This document shows positions 17,298 through 27,333 of a stretch of DNA of 64,000 nucleotides, in pieces. Every line of letters starts with the position of its first letter. Position 1 is the first letter of the stretch. The notes beneath the pieces were generated by a model, which saw nothing but the letters and a program-made list of their open reading frames with translations, did no database searches and was not told where the DNA came from. The position numbers and the translations under genes are program-made. This stretch comes from Alphaproteobacteria bacterium (GTDB taxonomy: Bacteria > Pseudomonadota > Alphaproteobacteria > UBA828), in NCBI GenBank assembly GCA_965220745.1, contig CBDCQT010000013.1:832001-896000 (forward strand), given 5' to 3'.

Positions 17298-17403
17298 TCT
17301 CACCACGGTCATGGTCTGCGCCCCTCCCTGGCGTTCGACCCGCTGCCCGCCTGTCCCTCCCTGCAGGCCGGGCAGCGCCGCGCAGACCATGACCGTGGTG
17401 AGA
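17298..17403 (+). ncRNA. Candidate structured RNA: 24-bp perfect stem enclosing a second hairpin and two CCCUCCCUG motifs
   Basis: 17298-17321 is the exact reverse complement of 17380-17403. Inner stems 17341-17349/17369-17377 and 17350-17353/17364-17367. CCCTCCCTG at 17322-17330 and 17355-17363, both unpaired. Strand is inferred. Confidence 0.5.
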
Positions 17404-17487
17404 CATTCCCGCCAAGAACGACAGTGCAGATGTCCACCCAGTTGGTTCGGGCGAGACAACGTAAGCCGATGGAGGACGGCTGGGCGC

Positions 17488-20400
17488 CTACCCTTGCCCG
17501 AACCGGTTGACGCTACGCGGCGGCACCGCGCCGCCGGCTAATGCGGCGCGGTGCTCCGCGGTGCCGGACTCGTCGACGGCGAGCGTGCCCTCTTCCGCTC
17601 GCCCGGTGAGCCTCACGCCATACACTGCCTCTGCATGGTCTACGGTCACATAGCCCTCGACCACGTCCTCCAGCACGCGCCCGGGCTCGCGGGTGAGCGG
17701 GTCGCCGTAGCCGCTGCCGCCGTTATCCACCGAGCGCACGAACTCGCCCGGCGCCAGCGCCAGCATCACCCCATTCGGCACCGAGTCCTCGGAACCGTCG
17801 GCGTGCAAGTGGCCGTGGTAGGCGTGGTTGGCGTCGCTGCCACCGCGCACGCCTCTGGGCGGGTTGATCGTACCGCCGCCCATGATGCTCACGGTCATCT
17901 GGTCGCGGCGCGGGCCGAAGATCACCTCGGTCGCAGGCCCGCCCCGTCTGCGCCCCGCGCCGCCCGAATCGGGGAGGAGGCGCTGCGAGCGAATCAGCAT
18001 GGGGAAGCGCTGCTCGTCGAACTCGATGCTGTCCCGATGCAGCAATCCGCAGCCCCCCGGCGTCAGCAGGTAGATCATGCCGTCGTGCTCGGGCAGCGCC
18101 GGTCCGCCGCCGCCCATCAGATAGACCTGGTTGATGTACTCGGCCCCGCCGCGCCGCCAGTCCCTGCCCGAGACCACGCCCATGCCGGCCGAAAAGCAGA
18201 GATTGCCCTGGGCGAGCCCGTGGCCGTCCCCGAGCTGGGTGAAGGCCGATTGCACGAGGTTCACCACCACGTCCGCCATGTTGGTGGTCGCCAGCGAGCA
18301 GCTGTGCGGGAAGCGCGGGATGCCCACGACGCAGCCTTCCCGCAGCTTCACCTCCAGGCGGCGGAAGCTGCCGGCGTTGGGCGGGATATCGGACTCCAGG
18401 TTCTCGAACACGCCCTGGATGCAGTTGGCGGTCGCGCAGGCCTCGGTGAGGTTGAGGCCGGCGTCGATGCAATCCGGGTTGTCGCGGAGGTCGACGGTGA
18501 TGCGGCCTTCATCGGGGTCGATCCCGACCTTGACCGTGATCTCCAGGCTCTCGGGCAGGAAGGGCTGCACCGGGTCGTGCATTCCCTTGTTGACCAGCGT
18601 GCCCCTGGGCAGCCTGCGGATAGCGTGGTCGGCGCGGCGCTCCGCATAGTCGAACCAGGCCTCGATGAAGCGCCGCATCTGATCCACGCCGTGCTTCGCG
18701 GCAAACGCCTTGAGCCGCCGCTCGCCAATGCGCGCCGCGCCGAGCTGCGAGAGATAGTCGCCGTACCACTGGTCCGGCACCCGGATGCGCCGGCGGCACA
18801 TGCGCACGATGTCTTCGTTGTCCCGGAAATCCCGCTGCACCCGCACGCAGGGGAAGATCAGCGCGCCTTCCTCGTACACGTCGCGGGCGCGCGGCGTGTA
18901 GGTGGTGGGGATGCTGTCGCCGCAGTCGGCCTGGTGCCCCTTTACGGTGACGTTGAACAGGTGCTCGCCGTCGCAGAAGACCGGCACGATGATCGACCAG
19001 TCGGCGGCGTGACTGTTGCCGTCGTAGGGATCGTTATGGAGGTAGGCGTCACCTTCGCGGAAGTCCGGATGCACCCGGCACATGGTCCTGGTCTGCAGAT
19101 GGGCACCGTAGATGTGAGCCGGGATGCCCTCGGCGGCGGCCAGCAGCTCGTTGTCGGCGGTGACGATGGCGCAGGAGAAGTCGCGTGACTGGCCGATCAC
19201 GGCCGAGCGCGCGGTACGCATCACCACGCCGGTCATCTCGCGCAGGATCGCGTCGATCCGATTCGCCATGATCGCAACCTGCACCGGGTCGAGCTCTTCT
19301 GCGCCCTCCGCCGGTGCCCGCGCCGTCTCTTCCGCCGGTTCCAGAATGTAGTTGCCGCCGGGCGAGACCCGCGCCCGCGTCCGGGGGTAGACCACCACCG
19401 TGGTGGTCGGCTCCTCGATGATGGCGGGGCCGGCGATCGCATCGCCCGCAGCAAGCGTCGCGCCTTCGTAGACCGGCGTCTCCAGGAATCCCGCCTCACC
19501 GAAGAAGGCTCGCGTCGTGCGGCGTGGTACAGGCGGCCCGCCGCGCACGGTGTACTCGGCAGCCACCGCAGGCTGGGGCCGGTCGAGAAAGGCCGTGAGC
19601 CGGCCCTTCCAGTTCAAGCATTCGAGCAGCCCATTCTCTTCCTTCACGCCGTAGAGCCGGTCGTGCACCTCGTGGAAGTGCCCGATGAGCGCGTTGACAG
19701 CGCCGCGGCCCGCGAAGCGCGGGGCCGGCATCGCGATTTCGGTTTCCCATTGCTGGTTGAGGTAGCGCGCGTCGACGAAGTGGTCCTTGCGGAAGCGCGC
19801 GATTCCCCGCGCCCGCAAGCCGTCGGCGAACGCCTCCATGCGCGCGTCGATGTCGCCGAGGGTGTCGTTGACGGCGGCTTCGTCCCAGTGGTCGGTGCGG
19901 ACGTAGTGGCTCGCGCTGAACTCGGCGACGATGTCGGAATACTGCGCACCGCAGGCACTGAGCGCGCCCGCCGTCTTGGGCAGCAGCACCTGTTCGCAGC
20001 CGAGCGCTGCGGCGATCGGCAGGATGTTCAGGCCGGCGGCCCCGCCGCCCGCCACGAGCACGCTCTCGCGCGGATTGACCCCCTCGTTGACCGTGATCTC
20101 TTCGATCGCCTTGATCATGGTCTCGCTGGCGAGGGTGAGGATTGCCGCCGACGTCTCCTCGACCGTCATGTCGAGCTGCTCAGCCAGCGCTTCGACGGCG
20201 CGCCGGGCGGCGGCCACGTCGAGCTTCATGCGCCCGCCGAGGAAGGCGTCCGGGTCGATGTAGCCGAGCACCACCGCGGCGTCGGTCACGGTCGCCGCAT
20301 CGCCGCCCCGGCCGTAGCAGGCGGGGCCGGGGTCGGCGCCGGCGCTCTCGGGCCCCACGCGCATGAGCCCGCCGGGGTCGATCCAGGCGATGGAGCCACC

Positions 20401-21411
20401 GCCCGCACCCACACTCCGCACGTCGACCGAGGAGAGCCCGAGGTTGTGGCCGGAGAAGAGGCCGCCCAGCCACGTCTCGCGGGTGTACTTGACTGCGCCG
20501 TCGCGCACCATGCTCACGTCGAATGTGGTGCCGCCGGCATCCACCACCAGCACGTCGCGCCCGAGCCCCTCGGCTTCCGCATAGGCGATGCCGGCGAGCG
20601 GCGCCATCGCCGGGCCCGACTTGACCATGAAGATCGGCCGGTCGGCGACGTCCTCCACGTGCATCAGGCCGCCGGAGACCGTGCTGACCAGGAGCTCGCC
20701 GGCGAACCCGGCGGCGCCGAGGTCGTCGCTGAGCGCGCGCAGATGGCGCTGCATCAGCGGCTTCAGCGATGCGTCGATGGCGGCCGAGGAGGCGCGCGGG
20801 TACTCGCGCAGGATCGGATTAAGCTGGTGCGAGAGCGTGTAGGGGACGCCCGGCATCGTCTCCTCGATCAAGGCGCCCAGCCGCTCCTCGTGCGTGGGGT
20901 TCTTGATCGACCAGAGCAGGCAGACCGCGACCGCCTCGACGCCCTGCCGGGCGAGCCGGGTCAGCACCGCGTGCGCCGCGTCCTCGTCGAGCGCCCGTTC
21001 CACCTCGCCTTCGGCCGTCACCCGCTCGGGGATATCGGCGGTGAGCCGGCGCGGCACGTAGGGCTTGAGCGGATCGATGTGGAGCTCGAAAGGGTGCAGC
21101 TTGCCGCCCTGGCGATAGACCAGAATGTCGGGAAAGCCCTCGGTCACCAGTATGGCGGTCTTTGCCGTACTGCCGGTGACGATGGCGTTGGTGGCCCAGG
21201 TCGTGCCGTAGATCAGCACGTCCGCCTCCCCGATCAAGGCTTCGACCGGGATGCCCATGGCCCGTGCCGCATCGGCGAGGCCCGCCTTGACCCCATCCGC
21301 GCTACGAGAGGGCGTAGACGGCGCCTTGCCGACGGTGAGCGTGCCGCCGGGTGCTGCGACGACGACATCGGTGAAGGTGCCGCCGGTATCGACGGCGATT
21401 CGATAGGGCAT
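17488..21411 (-). CDS. Fused hydantoinase A/B (5-oxoprolinase family) protein, ~1307 aa
   Basis: A half: VDTGGTFTD, YGTTWATNA, SGPAMA, DAGGTTFD, GAGGGS, SAGADPGPACY. B half: DPVQVAI, RDFSCAI, HNDPYDGNSH, GHQADCG, GSGYGDP. Confidence 0.9.
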   Translation of the reverse strand: MPYRIAVDTGGTFTDVVVAAPGGTLTVGKAPSTPSRSADGVKAGLADAARAMGIPVEALIGEADVLIYGTTWATNAIVTGSTAKTAILVTEGFPDILVYRQGGKLHPFELHIDPLKPYVPRRLTADIPERVTAEGEVERALDEDAAHAVLTRLARQGVEAVAVCLLWSIKNPTHEERLGALIEETMPGVPYTLSHQLNPILREYPRASSAAIDASLKPLMQRHLRALSDDLGAAGFAGELLVSTVSGGLMHVEDVADRPIFMVKSGPAMAPLAGIAYAEAEGLGRDVLVVDAGGTTFDVSMVRDGAVKYTRETWLGGLFSGHNLGLSSVDVRSVGAGGGSIAWIDPGGLMRVGPESAGADPGPACYGRGGDAATVTDAAVVLGYIDPDAFLGGRMKLDVAAARRAVEALAEQLDMTVEETSAAILTLASETMIKAIEEITVNEGVNPRESVLVAGGGAAGLNILPIAAALGCEQVLLPKTAGALSACGAQYSDIVAEFSASHYVRTDHWDEAAVNDTLGDIDARMEAFADGLRARGIARFRKDHFVDARYLNQQWETEIAMPAPRFAGRGAVNALIGHFHEVHDRLYGVKEENGLLECLNWKGRLTAFLDRPQPAVAAEYTVRGGPPVPRRTTRAFFGEAGFLETPVYEGATLAAGDAIAGPAIIEEPTTTVVVYPRTRARVSPGGNYILEPAEETARAPAEGAEELDPVQVAIMANRIDAILREMTGVVMRTARSAVIGQSRDFSCAIVTADNELLAAAEGIPAHIYGAHLQTRTMCRVHPDFREGDAYLHNDPYDGNSHAADWSIIVPVFCDGEHLFNVTVKGHQADCGDSIPTTYTPRARDVYEEGALIFPCVRVQRDFRDNEDIVRMCRRRIRVPDQWYGDYLSQLGAARIGERRLKAFAAKHGVDQMRRFIEAWFDYAERRADHAIRRLPRGTLVNKGMHDPVQPFLPESLEITVKVGIDPDEGRITVDLRDNPDCIDAGLNLTEACATANCIQGVFENLESDIPPNAGSFRRLEVKLREGCVVGIPRFPHSCSLATTNMADVVVNLVQSAFTQLGDGHGLAQGNLCFSAGMGVVSGRDWRRGGAEYINQVYLMGGGGPALPEHDGMIYLLTPGGCGLLHRDSIEFDEQRFPMLIRSQRLLPDSGGAGRRRGGPATEVIFGPRRDQMTVSIMGGGTINPPRGVRGGSDANHAYHGHLHADGSEDSVPNGVMLALAPGEFVRSVDNGGSGYGDPLTREPGRVLEDVVEGYVTVDHAEAVYGVRLTGRAEEGTLAVDESGTAEHRAALAGGAVPPRSVNRFGQG

Positions 21412-21591
21412 GGCGGGGCTCCGCGGCGCGAACGAAGCGCGCATTCTACAGGCTCCGCCGTCACGCTGCCCGCGCGAGCGAGGCACACGATCAAAATTGG
21501 AGCGAGCGCCCGGCGCCTGAGGGAAATGAATACTGTGGACGCTCTTAGGGCCCCGCGATAGTGTCGCGCCGCCAGCGGGGGAGGGCCCTTG

Positions 21592-22314
21592 ATGCGACCA
21601 TCCGGCCGCAGACAGGACGAAATGCGCGAGGTCAAGCTCGAGCCGGGCGTGAACAAGCACGCCGAGGGCTCCTGCCTGGTGCGCTTCGGCGACACGCACG
21701 TGCTGTGTACGGCGAGCGTGGAGGATCGCGTGCCGCCCTTCCTCCGAAACAAGGGGCGAGGCTGGGTCACCGGGGAATACGGCATGCTGCCGCGCTCCAC
21801 CGGCTCCCGCTCGGCGCGCGAGGCGGCGCGCGGGCGCCAGGGCGGGCGCACCCAGGAGATCCAGCGCTTGATCGGGCGCTCACTCCGCGCCGTGACCGAT
21901 ATGGAAGCACTGGGGGAGCGTCAGATCACCCTCGACTGCGACGTGATTCAAGCCGACGGTGGCACGCGCACCGCCGCCATCACCGGCGCCTACGTCGCGC
22001 TCCATACGGCGCTTGAAGGCCTTGTGGCGGGCGGTGCGATCGAGCGGCTGCCGCTCTCGGACCAGGTTGCCGCGGTGAGCTGCGGGATCGTCGGCGGGGA
22101 GGCGGTGCTAGACCTCGACTATGCCGAGGACAGCACGGCGGAGGCGGATGCGAACTTCGTGTTCACCGCCGGCGGCGGGATCGTAGAGGTGCAGGGCACG
22201 GCAGAGGGCGATCCCTTCAGCGAGGCGCAGCTGATCGCCATGCTGGGGCTCGCCCGCTCAGGAGCCGAGCGCCTGTTTGCCCTGCAGCGGGACGCCCTCG
22301 CCGGGGCGGGTTAG
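21592..22314 (+). CDS. rph: Ribonuclease PH
   Basis: [52 protein letters not shown] and LDLDYAED motifs. Confidence 0.97.
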   Translation: MRPSGRRQDEMREVKLEPGVNKHAEGSCLVRFGDTHVLCTASVEDRVPPFLRNKGRGWVTGEYGMLPRSTGSRSAREAARGRQGGRTQEIQRLIGRSLRAVTDMEALGERQITLDCDVIQADGGTRTAAITGAYVALHTALEGLVAGGAIERLPLSDQVAAVSCGIVGGEAVLDLDYAEDSTAEADANFVFTAGGGIVEVQGTAEGDPFSEAQLIAMLGLARSGAERLFALQRDALAGAG

Positions 22315-22319
22315 ACGGC

Positions 22320-22934
22320 GTGGCCCGTCGTCTCACGGCGGCGCGTCTGATCGTCGCGAGCCATAACGCGGGCAAAGTCCGCGAGATTGCGGCGCTACTG
22401 GACCCCCTCGGCATCGAGGCGATGGGCGCCGCGGCGCTGGGTCTCGCGGAGCCGGAGGAGACCGGCGATACATTCATCGCCAACGCGGTGCTCAAGGCAC
22501 ATGCGGCGGCCGAGGCGAGCGGCGAGCCCGCGCTCGCCGACGATTCCGGTCTCGTAGTGCCCGCCCTCGACGGCGCCCCCGGCATCTATTCCGCCCGCTG
22601 GGCGGGGCCGGGGAAGGATTTTCGCGTGGCGATGGACCGTATCGAGACGGAGCTTGCGGCGCGGGGGGTCGAGACCGTCGGCACGGCGGCCTACTTCGTC
22701 TGCGCGCTTTCGCTGGGCTGGCCCGACGGTCATTTCGAGACCGTCGAGGGCCGCGTCGATGGGACACTCACCTTTCCGCCGCGCGGTCCGCATGGCTTCG
22801 GCTACGACCCCATCTTCGTCCCCGACGGCCACGGGCGCAGCTTCGGCGAGATGCCGCCGGAGGAGAAGCAGCCGCTGACCCATCGGGCGCGGGCCTTCGA
22901 GCAACTGGCGGCCTTCCTGCCGCCCCGGCCGTGA
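22320..22934 (+). CDS. rdgB: Non-canonical purine NTP pyrophosphatase (RdgB/HAM1)
   Basis: [29 protein letters not shown] and THRARA motifs; conserved rph-rdgB-hemW order. Confidence 0.95.
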   Translation: MARRLTAARLIVASHNAGKVREIAALLDPLGIEAMGAAALGLAEPEETGDTFIANAVLKAHAAAEASGEPALADDSGLVVPALDGAPGIYSARWAGPGKDFRVAMDRIETELAARGVETVGTAAYFVCALSLGWPDGHFETVEGRVDGTLTFPPRGPHGFGYDPIFVPDGHGRSFGEMPPEEKQPLTHRARAFEQLAAFLPPRP

Positions 22935-24118
22935 GCGGCGAACCCGAACCCACCTCCACCGGCGCGCCCCCGGCGTTGGCCCTCTATGTCCACTGGCCAT
23001 TCTGCCTCTCCAAGTGCCCCTATTGCGACTTCAACAGCCACGTCAGGGAGAACGTGGATCAGGCCAGGTGGCGGGACGCGCTACTCCGCGAGCTCGACCA
23101 TTTTTCGGCGCTGCTGCCGCGGGCGACGATCACCAGCATTTTCTTCGGTGGAGGCACGCCCTCGCTGATGCCGCCGGAGACTGCTGCGGCCGTCATCGAG
23201 CGGGCGGGGACGCGGTGGGGGCTTGCGGCGGATGCGGAGATCACCCTCGAAGCCAATCCGACCTCGACCGAGGCGGCGCGGCTCGAAGACTTCCGCACGG
23301 CCGGCATCAACCGGGTCTCGCTCGGCGTCCAGGCGCTCGACGACGACGCTCTCGAATTCCTTGGTCGCGGACACGACGCGGCGGAGGCGCGGCAAGCGGT
23401 GGCGCTGGCGCAACGCATCATGCCGCGCAGCTCCTTCGACCTGATCTACGCGAGGCCGGGCCAGGCGGTCGAGGCTTGGCGCAAAGAGCTGAGCGAGGCG
23501 ATGTCGTTCGCCGACAACCACCTCTCGCTCTACCAGCTCACCATCGAGAAAGGCACGCCCTTCTGGCGACAGGAGCGCGACGGTGCGTTCGCGGTGCCCG
23601 ACGACGATACCGGCCGCGCTCTGTACGACTTGACCCAAGAGATCATGGAGGCCGCCGGCTTCGCGGCCTACGAGGTCTCGAACCATGCGCGCGGCGGCAA
23701 TGCCTGCCGCCACAACCTCGCCTACTGGCGCTACGACGACTACGTGGGCATCGGGCCCGGCGCCCACGGTCGCATCCGGCCGGAGCGCAAGGGGCGGCTC
23801 GCGACGCGTCAGCATGCTCGCCCTGAATCCTGGCTTGCCGCCGTCGAGCGCGCGGGCCACGGCACCGCCGAGACGCGCTCCCTCGACCCCGATGAACAGG
23901 CGCGCGAGATGTTGATGATGGGACTCAGGCTTGCAGAAGGGGTATCGGATGCGCGCCTGAAGGAGCGCGCCGGCTGCGACCCCGACCGGGTAATCGACCG
24001 CGGTGGCCTCACACGCCTCGTCGAGGCCGGCTATCTGGAGCGACGGGACGGGCGGCTCCGCGCCACCGCCGCCGGCCGGCCGCTGCTCAACAGCCTGCTG
24101 GTCGAGTTGCTTGTGTAG
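22931..24118 (+). CDS. hemW: Radical SAM heme chaperone HemW
   Basis: [39 protein letters not shown] and CRHNLAYW motifs. Confidence 0.93.
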   Translation: MSGEPEPTSTGAPPALALYVHWPFCLSKCPYCDFNSHVRENVDQARWRDALLRELDHFSALLPRATITSIFFGGGTPSLMPPETAAAVIERAGTRWGLAADAEITLEANPTSTEAARLEDFRTAGINRVSLGVQALDDDALEFLGRGHDAAEARQAVALAQRIMPRSSFDLIYARPGQAVEAWRKELSEAMSFADNHLSLYQLTIEKGTPFWRQERDGAFAVPDDDTGRALYDLTQEIMEAAGFAAYEVSNHARGGNACRHNLAYWRYDDYVGIGPGAHGRIRPERKGRLATRQHARPESWLAAVERAGHGTAETRSLDPDEQAREMLMMGLRLAEGVSDARLKERAGCDPDRVIDRGGLTRLVEAGYLERRDGRLRATAAGRPLLNSLLVELLV

Positions 24119-24146
24119 TAGCCGGCGATCGCTCCGGGTCCGCGTG

Positions 24147-24836
24147 CTACGACGGGCTCTGCGGGCCTCCCGCCCGCATGGGGTCCGCTGCGGCGCGGGC
24201 GGCCTCGCGCAGGCGCCGCAATAGCCCGAAGCCGGGTGGGCGGAAGCGGGCGAACTGCCCCCGCGCCGTTTGGATGCGCATGACGTCGGCAATGCGGCGG
24301 TCGAGGAAGCCCCAGGTCGCTTGCGTATCCTCGGAGCCGTCGTTCAGCCAGTAGAGCAGGGTGGAGAGGTAGACGCCGGCGAGCAGGGCGCGCTTGGTGT
24401 AGAAGCCGAAATCCGTCGATTTGTCGCCGACTGCGAACCAGACCGTGTCCACGGTGCGGTAAAGGGACGAGAGCGCGTGCGGGCCATTGGCGGGCTGGGC
24501 CAGGATCGGCAACGCCGCGCGGATCGCCTCGCGGTGTGCCATGTTCTGCTCGAGCCTGAGACGCACGGCATGGACGATGCGCTCCCGCAGCCGCATCTCC
24601 GCCAAATCGGACTCTTTCAGTGCCTCTTCCATGCGCCGGTCGGCGTAGGCCGCGTGATAGGTGACGAGCGCTACGGCCCCGCCGGGAAAGGCCTGGTGCG
24701 CCTCCTCGGTCTCGATACCGAGCTCCGCTGCTGCCGCAGCCAGCGCCTTCTCGGACCAGCCGTCGAAGGGCACGTGGGGGAGCGCTGCAGTCAGCAGCCG
24801 GTCGCGGGTCTCGTCCCCAGGCAGCGCCCGCCACAT
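24147..24836 (-). CDS. COQ9 family protein
   Basis: HVPFDGWS, FPGG, GDKSTDFGFYTKR and TWGFLDRRI motifs. Confidence 0.9.
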   Translation of the reverse strand: MWRALPGDETRDRLLTAALPHVPFDGWSEKALAAAAAELGIETEEAHQAFPGGAVALVTYHAAYADRRMEEALKESDLAEMRLRERIVHAVRLRLEQNMAHREAIRAALPILAQPANGPHALSSLYRTVDTVWFAVGDKSTDFGFYTKRALLAGVYLSTLLYWLNDGSEDTQATWGFLDRRIADVMRIQTARGQFARFRPPGFGLLRRLREAARAAADPMRAGGPQSPS

Positions 24837-24839
24837 GGC

Positions 24840-25403
24840 TCAGGCCTCCACGGCCGCCGGGCGGCCGAGCTCGCTCGTGAAGCTGAGGGTCGAGAGGTCG
24901 GTCATCCGCATCGGATAAAGGATACCGTCCAGGTGGTCGCACTCATGCTGCACCACGCGCGCGTGGAAGCCCCGCGCCTCGCATTCGTGCTTTCGGCCTT
25001 CGGTGTCCGTCCAGCGATAGAGAATGTGGTCGTGGCGCGGCACGATGCCGGCGAGGCCGGGGAGGGAGAGACACGCTTCCAGGTCCTCCACCATGCGCTC
25101 GCCGATCGGCTCGATTGCGGGGTTGATGAGAACCGTAGGCGACTCCAGCTCCGACGAAGGCGCGGGCTCGCCGTCCGCGCTCTCTTCCCCCGCCGTCTCG
25201 CGGCCGGGCGGCACGCGGAAGAGCACGAGTCGCAGCGGCATGTGCACCTGGGGCGCCGCGAGGCCGGCTCCGTCCGCGTCCTCCAACGTCTCCATCATGT
25301 CCTCGATCAGTCGCGCGATCGCCGGTGCGGTCTGGTCGGCCACCGGCAACGCGGCGCGGCTCAGCACGGGATGGCCCATCCGCGCGATCTTGAGTATCGC
25401 CAT
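24840..25403 (-). CDS. def: Peptide deformylase
   Basis: MAILKIARMGHPVL, GAGLAAPQV, EACLSLP and QHECDHLDG motifs. Confidence 0.95.
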   Translation of the reverse strand: MAILKIARMGHPVLSRAALPVADQTAPAIARLIEDMMETLEDADGAGLAAPQVHMPLRLVLFRVPPGRETAGEESADGEPAPSSELESPTVLINPAIEPIGERMVEDLEACLSLPGLAGIVPRHDHILYRWTDTEGRKHECEARGFHARVVQHECDHLDGILYPMRMTDLSTLSFTSELGRPAAVEA

Positions 25404-25588
25404 GCTCTCTATATGGCCTGCGCCGGGCCCGCCGTAAACTGCTTGGTGCCCGAGTGTCGAAGGAGGGCGCGAAGCACGTTGGGCAGTCGGTGTCGAAATC
25501 GTGATTCGAACCAGCGGGGAGAGGTACTGGCGGCCGGGCATCATTTTGGTTATGCTGCGCCGCCGTCGCCCATAAGCTTCCAGAGGCC

Positions 25589-26125
25589 ATGAACCGACGC
25601 ATCGCCGCGACGCTGGCGCTCCTGTTTTCCGCCGTTCTGTGTGTTTCACTGCTCGCCGGCCCCCAGGGGGCGGACGCGCAGGTGAAGCCTGAGCCCTTGG
25701 CCGAGAACGCAAATTGGAAGGCGCACAGCTACGTCCGGAACGGCAATAAAGTCTGCTACATGCATGCCAAACCGGCGAAGTCCAAGGGCAATTACAAGCG
25801 GCGCGGCGCGCCCAACGTCATGGTGACCCGCCGCCAGGCGGCGAGGACGACCGAGGAAGTCAGCGTAACCTCGGGCTATCCCTATCCGGAGGGAAAGGTC
25901 GTGAAGGTGACCATCGACGGCCGCCAATTCAGCTTCGATCTCACCCACGGAGAGCACGCCTGGGTGAGTGACGAAGAGGCGGACGCCACGGTCGTCAAGG
26001 CTATGATACGCGGCCGCGAGATGAAGGTGCGCGGGGTGTCGCTCAAGAACACCTTTTCCGAAGACAGCTACTCCCTGATCGGCTTTACCAAGATCCACGA
26101 CGCCATCGTCAGGGCGTGCCCGTAG
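25589..26125 (+). CDS. Invasion-associated locus B (IalB)-like periplasmic protein
   Basis: Signal peptide, W...KVCY, SGYPY and DSYSLIGFT...C motifs; sits upstream of rlmN as is common in Alphaproteobacteria. Confidence 0.8.
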   Translation: MNRRIAATLALLFSAVLCVSLLAGPQGADAQVKPEPLAENANWKAHSYVRNGNKVCYMHAKPAKSKGNYKRRGAPNVMVTRRQAARTTEEVSVTSGYPYPEGKVVKVTIDGRQFSFDLTHGEHAWVSDEEADATVVKAMIRGREMKVRGVSLKNTFSEDSYSLIGFTKIHDAIVRACP

Positions 26126-27312
26126 CGGACAGTTCCGCCGCGGGCTCCGGGCCCGTTATGGACGACCACTCAACGAACGAACCGAGCGCTTCGGCGAACG
26201 AGCGCGAGAGCCTGATCGGCCTCACGCGCGACGAATTGGCTGAACGACTGCAGGCCGTGGGCGTGCCGGAAGGCCGCTTGCGCATGCGGGCCAAGCAGCT
26301 CTGGCACTGGGTATACCACCGGGGCGCCGTCGAGTTCGGCGCGATGACCACGATCAGCGGCGCGCTGCGCGCTGTGCTCGCCGAGCGCTATAGCCTGGCG
26401 CGCCCTGAGGTGGCGACGGAGCAACGCGCGTCGGACGGCACGCGGAAGTGGCTGCTGCGCTTCGCCGACGGCCGCGAAGTGGAGACCGTCTACATCCCGG
26501 AGGAGGATCGCGGCGCGCTCTGCATCTCCTCCCAGGTGGGATGCACGCTGTCGTGTACCTTCTGCCACACCGGCACCCAGCGCATGGTGCGTAATCTGGA
26601 AGCCGGCGAGATCGTCGCGCAGTTCCTCACGGCCCGCGATGCCTACGGCGAATGGCCATCGCCGCGCGGCCCGCGCCTGCTGTCCAACATCGTGATGATG
26701 GGCATGGGCGAGCCCCTGTTCAATTACAACAACGTCGCCAAGGCGCTGCGCATCGTCATGGACCCCGAGGGGATCGCGCTCTCGCGCCGGCGAATCACGC
26801 TCTCCACCGCCGGCGTGGTGCCGATGATCGAGCGCTGCGGCGCCGAGCTCGGCGTCGGCCTCGCGGTCTCGCTTCATGCCGTTCGCGACGACTTGCGCGA
26901 CGAGCTGGTCCCGATCAACCGCAAGTATCCGATTGCGGTGCTGCTCGACGCCTGCCGCCGCTACCCCGGCGCCAGCAACGCGCGGCGCATCACCTTCGAG
27001 TACGTGATGCTGAAGGGCGTGAACGATTCCGAGGCCGAAGCCCGCGACCTGGTGCGCCTGATCGCCGGCATTCCCGCCAAGCTGAACCTGATCCCCTTCA
27101 ATCCCTGGCCGGGCGCGCCCTACGAGTGCTCGTCGCCGGAGGCCATCGAGAGGTTCGCCGGGATCGTCAACCGGGCGGGCTACGCCGCTCCGGTACGCGC
27201 ACCGCGCGGCCGCGACATTCAGGCAGCCTGCGGCCAGCTCAAGTCGGCGAGCGTGCCGCGCCCGCGGCGGCGGGGAGCCGACTCCGGAATAGTGAGCGCG
27301 CCGGCGGCTTGA
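26116..27312 (+). CDS. rlmN: Dual-specificity RNA methyltransferase RlmN
   Basis: [54 protein letters not shown] and AACGQL motifs. Start is 26116 (GTG) or 26158 (ATG). Confidence 0.96.
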   Translation: MPVADSSAAGSGPVMDDHSTNEPSASANERESLIGLTRDELAERLQAVGVPEGRLRMRAKQLWHWVYHRGAVEFGAMTTISGALRAVLAERYSLARPEVATEQRASDGTRKWLLRFADGREVETVYIPEEDRGALCISSQVGCTLSCTFCHTGTQRMVRNLEAGEIVAQFLTARDAYGEWPSPRGPRLLSNIVMMGMGEPLFNYNNVAKALRIVMDPEGIALSRRRITLSTAGVVPMIERCGAELGVGLAVSLHAVRDDLRDELVPINRKYPIAVLLDACRRYPGASNARRITFEYVMLKGVNDSEAEARDLVRLIAGIPAKLNLIPFNPWPGAPYECSSPEAIERFAGIVNRAGYAAPVRAPRGRDIQAACGQLKSASVPRPRRRGADSGIVSAPAA

Positions 27313-27333
27313 TCCCGGTGTCCGCGGTGATCC

